A stretch of 64,000 bases of DNA, from positions 15,194-79,193 of the forward strand of contig NMRA01000983.1 in the NCBI GenBank assembly GCA_002633005.1. Reading direction: 5' to 3'. Source of the stretch: Phoronis australis (Eukaryota; Animalia; Phoronida). The position numbers and the translations under genes were made by a program. Shown here one piece after another: positions 1 through 11,325 of the stretch (position 1 is the first letter of the stretch; each line of letters begins with the position of its first letter). The notes below the pieces were generated by a model. That model was not told the origin of the DNA, searched no databases, and saw nothing but the letters and a program-made list of their open reading frames with translations.

Positions 1-1139
1 AATCGATTCTCTTAATTGCCAAAAACAAAAAGCCAGGCGAGCTCACGGCCAGACTCGTTGGTCCTTGAAGTCATCATCGGTAGTTCTTTGTTCAGACAAA
101 CTGTTTCGAGAGGGTTATGGGTCGTGAGAATCTTGGATAGTGGTTGTCGAAGGTGTCATGGGGGTTTTAGGACAATCCTTCTATTCTCGACTGCACCTTG
201 TTTCCAAACCTCCATGTTCGCCAGTCGCCAAGGCTTCACTCTGTTGCATTCATATCATTACATGCTCCCTTGGCTTCCCGGTTCCTACTGCCCCGTGCAA
301 ACCCGTGACGTAGTTTGTTGATTCGTTATACATGTACCAGCTGTTTGTCGTCTTGTTTTTAGCTCAAAATGAAAAGTTTGACTTTTGATGAATGTTGTTT
401 TCAACGGTGTCGTCGTTTCTTTTGCATTGTAATGCTGTGGCCAAAAGCTGTCATGTTAAAATCAACGAAACCAGTTGTAAGCTTGCTGGCGCACTCATTA
501 AAGGTCGTACATTGTAAGTACGATAGCAGTTAAAAGCGGCTGTGGACTCGTCACTGCTAAGACGACGCTGTGTTTTTTAGATGAAAGAGAACATTGCAAC
601 CTCTGTTTATAGTGATTTACTTTCATAAATTACGACCGCCTCTAAGGGCGGATCCAGGATTTTTAGTTAGGGGGGCCAGGGCACGGGAATACATTGTTGA
701 AAAAATACCTACCGCAGGCCAGTAGCGTGACATCATCCAACATATGACCTCCGTAACTATTTGAATCGAGATTTGTCGCTTGAAAGATTACCTGGTGGTG
801 AAACACAATAGCTTAGTAGAGCGTGAAAAGCACTTACAAGGGACTTAGATTCATTTACATTACTTAGCTCAGTGTCAATCTGTTCAGGCGACGACTGAGT
901 GTACTAAAGCCGTCTTCTACTGGGATATTTTTTGCTTCCTGTTTACCTGCCCTGACTCCCTGAGAAGGGCTGATCGGTTAGTAAATGTTATTTCATTCAT
1001 TACACTTTCCAATGTTGGGATGCGCTCAATTTTGTTAACAAATAACACTGATTAGGTTAATACAATGAACGACCTGTTTCCTGCAGAAAGCTAACGTCTT
1101 TTGGAGAAACGGGGTGTGACACCTCAAAAAAACAACAAA

Positions 1140-1458
1140 ATTAATTTCTTTCTATATGGATGTCAAGAACTTAACTCAAACGAATATAAGGTTTTATTTG
1201 AAATAGTATCAGAATTTCTTTATAACATTAAATCTCTTTGTGTGAGTGGATAGAATTTTATATATCTGTATGGAAATGAATTATTTTCATTCGTTGTCAT
1301 ATATCATTGTATTCAGTTTTTTTTTATTTATGTATTCGTACATAATCATTGTATATAGACATCTTTGTATTGTTTTACCCAGATCTAATGCCTCTTGGCG
1401 CTTTCTGGGTTATGTATATTCATTGTATTCTCAAGATTTCGTAATAAACATTAAAAAA
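1140..1458 (+). mobile_element. 3' end of a non-LTR retrotransposon (LINE, CR1/L2-group-like), truncated
   Basis: Translates ...LLYGCQELNSNEYKVLFEIVSEFLYNIKSL..., resembling LINE ORF2 C-termini. It is followed by a 3' UTR with a stem (acccaga...tctgggt) and AATAAA before an A-rich end at ~1443-1458. Confidence 0.5.
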
Positions 1459-2176
1459 CTCCTCAAAAAATTATCGATTTAATTGAGAGAAGAGAGAAAG
1501 AGTCAGAAGTTAGGCAAAGAGGTCCATTTAAATCAGTATTCCAGAACTGAGAGTTCTAAAAAAATGGTTTATCAGCTGGTGACAAATTGTATTATTATTG
1601 TTATTAATATTATTAAGTTCTGCTCTCAGTTTTTCTCACAATGAAATGTCATAAAATGTTCTGCCTAAAACTTCATTGTAATGAAAAAGGTAGGTTTTAC
1701 GCAAGATGGCCTGAAAACAAGTTCACGGTAAATATCGCGGCAACGTGTCTCGTGGCACAATCACGGCGTCCACTTCTTACTAAGTAGGTTCCAATCAACT
1801 TTTTTCAGCAATAACATAGGAAACAGAATTATGTATAAGAACGTAGGAATAGATGCAATATTTAATCAAAGAAGTTTTAAATCAATACATGACAGAATTA
1901 CATTTTTCGGCGGCGAAGAGTAAGATGATATCGTCATATTTTTGTACTTGGCGAAACTCAATTTAAAACAACTTAAATTATGAATAAGGCTGTGGAAAAG
2001 GTTCTCAATAACTTTTACAATAAGTGAAACATGTCACATTTACCAAAAAAGTAAAATGATACTATTCAAAGAAAATCATACCCGCCTACTGGCAATTCTT
2101 CGTCCAATCTGATCCCAATGTTTAAAAAAGATTAAGGATGTCGGGTAAAATACGTTTGCTACCCGAAATACAGTTT

Positions 2177-2440
2177 CTATGTTAACGGATTCCAAACGAA
2201 ATGTTTGGTAATGCGCATAATATTCAAAATGGGTAGCGTAAGGGGAAGTGAACTTAATTTTGTCTTGTATTTAGTAGGTCTAGTTGCTGGCTTTGTGGAT
2301 TTGAGTAATGATAGGTGCATACGTGTAGTTGGATAAAATCCCAGGAGTGCTCCTACAGAAAAGGTTTTCTGAAGATGGGTAGGCATATGAATTTAACTGT
2401 CAAGTCAAAAATTTTTGAAGATGGACAGCTTTAGACATGT
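2177..2440 (-). mobile_element. Degraded LINE ORF2 C-terminal remnant
   Basis: Frameshifted minus-strand fragments (KLSIFK..., ...LNTRQ, ...VWNPL) resemble the 'YNTR...LWNSL' tail of CR1/L2 RT ORFs. Confidence 0.3.
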
Positions 2441-2554
2441 ATTATTACTGTCCAAATATATACTTGTCGCGTGTGTCATTCCGTTTCTTCAGTACGCTGT
2501 TATTTTGAAAATGCGGATCTGAAGAACAGATGCTGCTTTCAAATGCCAAAATAC

Positions 2555-2814
2555 CTTGTATGGTGTGGTGGTAAGTTGAGATACGTCCACAAATCCCCTC
2601 TTCCAACTGTCGCCCTGTCTACCACTTACGGAGAATACATTTACCTCTGTATTGACTTGAGATATCGACACAGTGAGAGGGCCCAACCCTTGTAAATTCA
2701 TAAAATAATAGAATTCCAAGGCACATCCTTCGTCTGCAGACAGTTGCGACGTGAGATTTGTGTTCCCGTTGAGAGTTGGTTTGTGTGCCTTTTTCGCCGC
2801 ATACATTGCCTTAC
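2555..2814 (-). CDS. MAM-domain secreted protein, coding exon 3
   Basis: Acceptor ttccag|, donor AAG|gtattt; phase 1 to 0. Translates GKAMYAAKK...CALEFYYFMNLQGLGPLTVSI...VFSVSGRQGDSWKRGFVDV...PYK, matching the MAM core (C-x-x-F-Y-Y-x-M; G-x-Q-G-x-x-W). Confidence 0.88.
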
Positions 2815-4846
2815 CTGGAAATAACTTTTATGTGTACAAACGCGTCACAAATTTCATGTATGAAAGTCGTCGGTTACCTGAATCAGCTATCCGACTTTCA
2901 ATCCTACGGGGAATTCATGGAGCAGCCAACAGCAAAACAAACTCCATCATCTACCAGGAAGAATTCCTATTACACACCAGCATTATGATATTTTCAAAGT
3001 AACTCTCTTTGTCACCTAATGACAAGTTTACGGTGGTGTAGGACCCTAGAAAATGACCAATTTAGGCTAAATGAGGACCATGATATCTCATCAGTAGATA
3101 AACAGATCCGCTTGAAATTTTCAGAAATTATACTTCATGCTCCCTTGTTAAAGTGTATCATTTTTGCACGAAGGACTTACAAGATTTTTTACAGTTGCAT
3201 AAAACGAAGAAAAAATATAATTTAAAAAACTGTAACATTTTTTGAGATTTTATCTTGAATACTTATTTTAATACTAAGTTTGGTTATATACTTGATCCTG
3301 TATTTTTGCTATGCATGTTGTTGTTTTTTTTTTGATAAATTTTACTAAAAAGCATAATCACGTGATCATATTGATGGAAAATTGGTATATAATGAACAAA
3401 TAAATTCTACGGAATATCTGCTTTTACAAAATATATACTTTTGCTGAGTTTAATTCTTAAGAGCACGTCCACGAATGGACCAGGCAAAAAGTGATAAAGG
3501 CTATGTCACGGATTTCCTCGATTGTTTGCATGATGGTAGGGGTTGATGCCCCAACCTTCATACCAACATTATTTTTTTTGCATGCGCCACCTTGTGGTTG
3601 CTATGGGAACGTGTTGTTTTTCTGCCAATTCCAAGCCTCGTTACAGCTACATTTTGGCACTTTTTGCGAACTTACCTTGAGAACAATAGTGCAAAATGAA
3701 ACACTTCAAGTTTATCACTGAATTGGTGTGTCTTTCAACTTGCCAGTCATAGAAAATGTCAAGGTTTCAGTTACATCTTAACCGTTTTTGAAGGCTACCA
3801 GTCTAGCTAGTTCGTGGTGATTCCAAAATGTTGAAAATTGCCCTACTTCCTGCCTTAATATCTCAGCTGAAGCCAAATTTAAAACAACAAAACTACAACC
3901 AGTGTTTAGATTGATCTTAGCTCTACAAAATAAAACCATAAAAAGTCTAGGCAATCACCCTTCTTCATACCGCTTCGGTCTCTAGAAGTAGGGCACCTCA
4001 CCAAAATTATGCAACCGGCCAATGTCTGCATAGTAACAAATGTATGCGAGGATTCAAAATACAGTTTTGAAATCTTAAAATAGGCGATCGAACATATCAA
4101 GAGAGCTTTAATTTTGTTACTTTACAGAAAATAATGAGAAGCACAACAAGGCACGTTGGTTTCCTTTGACCCTGACGATAACGCTGCCAATAACATGTGC
4201 ATATACTCACCGTTTCAAAATGCATTATGGTTGAGTAAAAAATCTCTAAAGTAAGTCTTCAGTTATACATAACTGGGAACTCAAATTCTGAAATTTTAAT
4301 GTGTGGGTCTGATTGAAATTTAGTTTTCTAATGTTCTCGAAGTCGGTTGATCGTGTCCCGACGCATCTCAATTCAACGAATTTTATAAAAAACAATAATA
4401 GGTGTATTGGGCCGGAAGGAGACAACTGCATCTCCATACATAGTGTATATCACCAAACCCGAACAAATCAGACAGCAAAGTAGTTAGTCATAAAAAAGAG
4501 ATGTATTGAAATGGTATTGGTTAGATGCTGTGAAATGAGGTTAGAAAAACTGATCTGATAAGGATAGGCGACTACCGGTGAAATTTGCGTTGTTGAATAA
4601 CTTTTCTTACGCTTCTCATTCGGGAAAGTCTCCGAACAGCACACGCCCAGATGTGCATATGGATGTCTGAATATTCTCGCATTATGGATACCAAGGTTTT
4701 TTAGTTTTCACCGACAACGCATAGAATGATGTATTTGCGGAAGGTTTGCAGACATTTTCATAAAAAACACAGGAAACCGAGTATTTCACACGCAAGATAG
4801 CAGAAAAATCAGTTCAGATGTTTTTTGCATCTATCACAGTTACAAT

Positions 4847-5131
4847 GGCGGATTCCAGGAGGGGGCCAAGGGGGCCATGCCCCCCTAAAATTCTCCCAGA
4901 TACCATTTGTCAGTTCGGGGTGCTAATTTGTGACTAGCATATGCGCGCACCCAGGGGGCTCCGTGGGCGAATGCACAATGCATTGGCCTTGAACAAACCC
5001 GGATTTTTTAGTAATAAGGTCCACAAACCCAAAAATTCGAGACCCCTGCATCCCTACATTTTAGGGTGGGCGCGCGGATGTGGCGAAATTCTGTGCCCTG
5101 CTCCCCCCCAATTCAAAATCCTGGATCCGCC
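4847..5131. mobile_element. MITE with GGCGGATCCAGGA-type TIRs nested in the Kolobok-like element
   Basis: ggcggattccagga at 4847 and tcctggatccgcc ending at 5131. A lone matching end (ggcggatccaggattttt) is also at ~647. Confidence 0.65.
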
Positions 5132-5689
5132 CAAGTTTAGTATGGGTATGCAATGGTGTTTGGTGCTTACCATCGGTCAGACTCAAAAAATTCAGAAGTC
5201 TCGAGACTAATACATGTAGTGTCAGCTACTTCATTGAAAAATCATAAGACAATTCATGTGCAGCAAAACGAAAATAAAACACACAAAGTTAACATTCAGA
5301 CTGCATATAGGTGAACTTGGGTAATCCTGCAAAGAGATTTTGGAACAAAGTTGGGCAATATTTAAAAACTGTTCTGATTTAAATCATTGTTTATTATGTT
5401 AGACATAGAGATGCAGCAGAGCAGATTATACTGTACTTATGTAGCAAAACGATAAGATAGCCAAATATTAAACAAAAACCAAAATAGTTTAGAGAATAGT
5501 AATACTATATTGAGGCTGATATAGGACACAGGCAAATTACACGACATAAATCAAGTAAATAGAAAAGAACAAATGTGGTCACATTTACAAAATGCGAGCA
5601 AATTAGGTGTACAATGAGACACCTTTAGTCAGCATAGATGACACGTCACGAAATGGAAATAGCATTTTGTCTGACTACTTTTGACATAC

Positions 5690-6148
5690 TGTATTTCAAA
5701 TGTCTCTGAGTCTTGTATACATGAAATGTGCTACTGCGGCAATTCCATTGACTCAACAATCTTTTGTCACAATTCAAATCGACGGTCTTCCTCAGCGATT
5801 CTTTTCATTCCAAAGGCATCAAATTGTGCGAGTTTCCCAGAACGATTGAGTGCTGCTAAACGGGAAAATATTTAATCTGCTGAGGTGAGAGACATTCTTC
5901 AGAACATCAATATGACCAGGAGCAATACATTCATGGGTAACATATAATGCTTTGCTGGCTTTTTGTTTGTAATATCGTTAGGACCTTTCGGCAAATTCAT
6001 CGATGTCAGTTAGAAGCTGGGTCCTAACAGGGTTGACTCTTCCATCAGATGCAGCAGTGAGAAACTGATTCGACTTATGGATCTTTGGCAAAGGCGTGGG
6101 CAGCCAGAATGATGGTTGGTCCCCCTCGTTTCCACTTGAAAAATTTGC
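5690..6148 (-). pseudogene. Decayed transposon-protein exon within the Kolobok-like element
   Basis: Acceptor tttacag|, then ANFSSGNEGDQPSFWLPTPLPKIHKSNQFLTAASDGRVNPVRTQLLTDIDEFAERS*RYYKQKASKALYVTHECIAPGH. It has an internal stop. The motif resembles large invertebrate transposon-associated proteins (from memory, unverified). Confidence 0.5.
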
Positions 6149-7969
6149 CTGTAAATATTACAATTATATGCAACTTAATCCGTAAACACAAGAATTATAT
6201 TTTCCATAAATAGCCTTTCCCCAAAGTATTTATTTTCACCATTCAAAATAGCTTGGAAAAATGGCCACTCACATATGCATGCTACCCTCATTGTGTGCAA
6301 GCACTACTCAAAACAAAAGGTGTCGTCAATTAATCAAAATGTAAGTTCACTACTAAAACCTGGAAAACCATCAATTTTGATATATAGCATTGCCACGGCT
6401 TCGAAATGCCATAAAGTTAAGACAAGATCCAACACTCTTCATGCCACGATGCTGATTGAGAAAATTTTATGTTTTAGTACATGATTTTCAGGCTAAAAGG
6501 AATACAATTGCATCCTCAATATTTTTAGCTAAATGCACCTTTCAAAATTTGCCTCAGTGGTCACTAAAACAACCCGGAGCAACTATAAAAATCCTATTTG
6601 GAGTACCTAAGCTTTCAATACAAGCAGTCTTCCCTCTCAGAGGAATTTTCAAATGTTGACAGTTGTGGTGAAATAACTGGAACAGAACTAAGCAGATTGT
6701 GCACTTATGAACATAGCTCCTCAAATAAACATACAGTACAGTGTAGTTCAAGGTCTGTGAACGCTATCCATTGACTCACAAGCTCTGGCCCAAACTCGCA
6801 AAACATAACTTATGCACCCAAAAATCGCAGTGCGTGGAGCCAAATCCACTTAGTCTGAGAGACATGGTTGACAAGACAGTAAATACAGAATATATGCAAA
6901 GTGTTTTGTCTGCAAATACAAGGACAGTGTTACAGTCCATCAGTAATGTTTCCTAGCAGATGAGTTAGTGAGACCGTCACCAGTTTTTGAGTCAATGCGC
7001 AGTTTACAAGCCCACCGGCCCTGTTTATATTTGAGGCAATTTGCGCCAACCTTGTAGTTACATACTCCTGTAACTATGGACAACTTGTGCAGTCAAACTT
7101 CAGAGACGCAAAATTCGCTGAATGCACGGCATTTTCATTTGTCTATGAGGTTTATAAGCAACCACAATACAACTGAAATAAAAATCTACTACAACTACTG
7201 ATTTGCTATCATTAAATGTTGATGCACTTAATCCTGGAACCAAGAATCTCAGAAAAAGGTTTTGTGTAACAACACTCCAATTCATTAACTAACTACTTAC
7301 TAGTATACTTTCTGTAGTAAGCTCAACAACAGTGGCTAACTTCTTTGGTAAACGCTTACAATTTCTGCGTAGACCTGCAATGGAATTTTATGGAAAGTAG
7401 GCATAACAGAACTCCCAATAGAATGCTGTATTTTGAATCCCCAAATGTTTTCCCCAGTCTTGTTCATGAGGTTGAATGCTTCAGGTATTAGGGACTTTAA
7501 CGGTGTTAAAACTTTAGCCATGTTAATTAAATTAGGCCCCATTGTAATGGGGTTCCACTGCATATTTGGAAAATTATGTATCTCTGGTTATACAGATAGA
7601 GCAATGTGACCAATCAGAAGTGACTACAGGTGAATTAGATGAGAAATTGGTGTCAGCTAGGAGACAAGGGCTCGATTAAATCTTTTGATAATGGACACCA
7701 AATTTCCACTTTTTACACATGCGTATTCATAAAATGGAATGTATTTCGACAAACCCTAAATATTGAGATAAAGTGAATATTTTACTAATACAAGTCAGTA
7801 CTGGAAGAAGTTACTAAAATTACTCTAGTACTCGAGTGTCGCTTTACTTCATGTAGGGTTGTGCCCTTCATGGCGACTGCAGTCAGAATCTAGTTGAGAA
7901 AGCAAATATAATAAAGTCGTTATCAACAAGTATAGAGTATTGATGACCTGCAGCTGCATAACAACTTAC

Positions 7970-8447
7970 CTGACCCAACTGGAATCGATACATTCTGTTC
8001 TTCCAGAAATTCTTTGTTGACTGTATTTCCACTTACATTCCAAACTCAAGCTTGGCCTTGGGCTTAACCTTTCTGATGTTGAAGGTGGGCACATATCTTA
8101 CTTTTACTTGGCCTTCGTCTGATTCCATGCTGAGATCGACGATTTTCACAAACTGGGGGTGGGGGGGCAAACTGTTAAGCCCACTCTGACCCTGGCAAGA
8201 ATCAACTGCCACTTTCACTGTTTTAGCACTGTCACTGAACGGGACTGGGTGGATGACTTTAACATATTTCAGTTTCCTTGCTATGGACTTGTTGCAATCA
8301 GTTAGTGCTTCAATTGCTTTCTGCATGGTTTCGATATTCCTTTGAAGCTCCATAAACCAGATTTGAAGGATTATGCCAACGAACACACTATATTAACTAC
8401 TTCCACCACCTCATCAGCCATTTTTTCTTCAGTGATATGAGAGACAC
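7970..8447 (-). pseudogene. Putative decayed upstream exon of the same transposon gene
   Basis: Acceptor cccttcag| at 8448 and donor cag|gtaagt at 7969. Mostly open frame (ORF 8033-8386), with apparent frameshifts at both ends. Confidence 0.35.
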
Positions 8448-9460
8448 CTGAAGGGCTCTTCATCAAAATGGTAATTCGCAGTAAAAAAAACAAAACAAAA
8501 AATACTAGTTTTATCAAATTTTATTTGCTAAGAAATAAGCCCAATAATTTATCAACCATTTGAGCGCTTTTAAATCTCAAAACTCAACATTTTCGATGAC
8601 TAGTAGTTAATGTCACAAGTGCTCACTTTGGCTGAGGTGGCTGCGAACAATTGCTCATTACTATATGAAGACATGTGTTTGCCGGTGGTTTTGATGCCAA
8701 ATATCTATTCTACTAAGATAGAACAAACCCACGATTAAGTTTCAAAGTGTAAAATTTGGCTTCAGCTGAGATTGACTCATTCAAACCTGGGCAAGTTATC
8801 CGTGTTTTCTGCTTGTATGACCCCATGACCCTTCAAACCCCAAAATGTGGAATTTAAGGGGCAACTTGACACTTTTATTTTTCATTTTTAGGAAGACAAT
8901 GGATGACTTTATACAAAACAGTAGCTATTTCATTTTCTAGTAGCTTCTGTAATTACTTACAATGTCACAAAAACTGTGATTATTGGGGTAAGTTCTGGTA
9001 GTGGTTTTCAGTGAAAACTGAGGTACCCGACTTTTAAGCAACCTAACGCGATAGAATTTGTTTAAAGTGCATTTTAGTAATTACCATAAGAAAGTAAACA
9101 AAAATGCATAATATGATCCAAATCCGTCACATAGGGTTTATCACCCCTGCATGGATTTTTGCCTGGTCTGAAGTGTACTGCACTCTTAAGTATTTGAGAT
9201 ATTTTGTTAAATGAACAGACTTGTCAATAATGTCCTACTTTACCTTTAAGGAGGAAAGATTGTTCCCACACTAACAACTCCCTTTACCACTTGACTTATG
9301 CCGAGAGAGAGAAAGAGGATTTATTAAGTGAAAAATGTATTAATTTCTAAAATAGAAAAATAGTGACAATGGGCCGGTCCAAAGATACCACAAGACTATT
9401 CTACCTTCAAAGCATATACCCACAATGCAACAAATGTGTCAAAACTTTGTTCTGTTTATT

Positions 9461-9535
9461 CACATACAAATGCACAAGTCACTTCCACATGCAAATGCAC
9501 AAGTCACTTACACATGCAAATGCACAAGTCACTTC
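9461..9535. repeat. 25-bp tandem repeat x3 (cacatgcaaatgcacaagtcacttc)
   Basis: Three near-identical adjacent copies. Confidence 0.9.
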
Positions 9536-9725
9536 CAAACAATTTAATTGTTGTACTTCTATAGTTGCAGATTCAATTGCAATGCTGAAACCAAGATATT
9601 GGAGAAAAAAAGCAAACAATGCATACGTTTTGCACTGAGCAATCTATCCAGTTCTTTGCGGTTCTATAAATAACTGAAGTAAGTGAGAATAACAATAATT
9701 GGGACTCATTTTGCTTTAAATTTAC

Positions 9726-9902
9726 CTGCCGTACTGTGATCAGATGTACCTGGTCCACCTCGAAGATTTGTTAGGTCCTTCAGCTCCCAAAAGTAGTTGT
9801 AAAACTTAGATTTCCCAGCCTTGAAGATTTCTATGTTGTACCCGCATATTCCTTCATCATCAAATGTACAACTTATTTTGTCACATCGCGAGAGATTGAA
9901 AA
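9726..9902 (-). CDS. MAM-domain secreted protein, coding exon 2
   Basis: Acceptor tttctgtttcag|, donor GCAG|gtaaat; 177 nt, phase 1 to 1. Translates (V)FNLSRCDKISCTFDDEGICGY...FWE...GGPGTSDHSTA(G), the MAM N-terminus (C-x-F-D/E...C-G-Y; G-P-x-x-x-D-H). It joins exon 3 in frame. Confidence 0.88.
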
Positions 9903-10092
9903 CTGAAACAGAAATGTGAAAAAGAGCCGTCCACAAGACGACTGAACTGACTTCATTCCAGACTCTGGTTTATCAAGTAGACTACAAAATTTTGTGATAT
10001 TTTAATCATTGTTCGACTTACCAAAAATTTCCGGTTATATACCCACAGCGTTATTCGAAAAAAATGCACATTTAGATTCTCTAGTAACTTAA

Positions 10093-10535
10093 TCACACTG
10101 CGCATGTACCTGGGCCTGGGTTAAGAACTTAGGCACACTGCACATGTACAGGTACCTGGGCCTGGGTTAGGAACTTAGGCACGCTGCACATGTACCTGGG
10201 CCTGAGTTAGGAACTGAGGCACACTGCGCATGTACCTGGGCCTGGGTTAGGAACTTAGGCACACTGTACATGTACTTGAGCCTGGGTTAGGAACTTAGGC
10301 ACACTGCACATGTACAGGTACCTGGGCCTGGGTTAGGAACTTAGGCACACTGCACATGTACCTGTATCTGGGTTAGGAACTTAGTGACACTGCACATGTA
10401 CCTGTACCTGGGTTAGAAACTTAGGCACACTGCATATGTGCATGTGCCTGGATTAGGAACTTAGGCACTCTGCACATGTACCTGGGCATGGGTTAGGAAC
10501 TTAGGCACACTGCGCATGTACCTGGGCCTGCGTTA
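10093..10535. repeat. ~40-bp minisatellite, ~11 copies (cacactgcacatgtacctgggcctgggttaggaacttagg)
   Basis: Directly visible tandem array in MAM-gene intron 1. Confidence 0.95.
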
Positions 10536-10914
10536 ACCAGCAAAATGACGGACAATTTGATCATTTCATTTTTTACTCAAAAAAATGACTTGTAAACAAT
10601 CTTAGATGTAGATTTGATGAAAATAACACGAGCCATTGTAGGCAAACGTAGCCTGTGATGTGCATTTTGCTGTAAATTACAGAAAGCTGACGCAGCCGAA
10701 AACGTTAATTCTAGAAATAAATCATTCCGAAAGCGTTCCTGATAATAGGCTTGCCCAATGGTGGGTTCGTTGTCAGAAACCAGCGATGCAATCACTGAAA
10801 ATATTTTTCATGACCTTCATCTTAAATTTATTTATAGTAGGCTGTTAATATAAAATTATCAACCTCATGTTGATAATAATAACAAAAATGACAAACATTA
10901 TATTAATATTAATA

Positions 10915-10986
10915 AAATTATTATTACTATTACTATTACTATTACTATTACTATTACTATTATTATTATTATTATTATTATTATTA

Positions 10987-11037
<51 letters not shown>

Positions 11038-11200
11038 GTATCAATATGATTATGACTATTATTATATTGATAATGATTATAATCATAATAATTAAAGTAA
11101 TAAGACTATTGTCATAATCATCATCATTATTATTATTATTATATTTATAATAATTATAATAGTAACACTAATAGAATAGTAATAGTAATAGTAATAATTG
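10915..11200. repeat. (TTA)n/(TAA)n microsatellite and AT-rich low complexity
   Basis: Long ttatta/ttacta runs. These explain the poly-L and poly-I ORFs. Confidence 0.95.
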
Positions 11201-11273
11201 TCGTGAATATAGCGATAAACGTTGAAGTAATACAAAAGCAAGTTGTCAATTTCGTTAAATAAAATAACAGTAC

Positions 11274-11325
11274 CTGCACTCATGTGAAGAAAAAATAACA
11301 CCCCGGTACAAATACCATAATCCAT
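11274..11325 (-). CDS. MAM-domain secreted protein, coding exon 1 (signal peptide)
   Basis: acaATG start, MDYGICTGVLFFLHMSA, donor GCAG|gtactg in phase 1. It joins exon 2 in frame to give the hydrophobic leader ...VLFFLHMSAVFNLSRC. Confidence 0.72.

Larger units (their letters stand above)
3461..9185. mobile_element. Kolobok-like DNA transposon (5.7 kb, defective) inside MAM-gene intron 2
   Basis: TTAA on both sides (3457-3460, 9186-9189). Termini GAG...CTC with imperfect TIRs (gaccaggcaaaaa...gtgataaa..ctatgt.acggattt). An internal inverted match ctcagctgaagccaaattt lies at ~3862 and ~8753. TTAA TSD with RR...YY ends is the Kolobok signature. Confidence 0.75.

Noticed and set aside
16-321. 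101-aa ORF at window start
   Set aside because: Non-ATG start and no recognisable similarity on either strand.
1890-1965. Possible fourth MAM exon (minus strand, ...KYDDII...)
   Set aside because: An in-frame stop lies just upstream, there is no good acceptor, and it lacks the expected FE...IAID context.
10093-10535. CRISPR-like regular repeat array
   Set aside because: Units are head-to-tail with no unique spacers, there are no cas genes, and the context is a eukaryotic intron. The same applies to 26117-26415.
10867-11200. Poly-Leu and poly-Ile ORFs
   Set aside because: Translations of a (TTA)n microsatellite in an intron.
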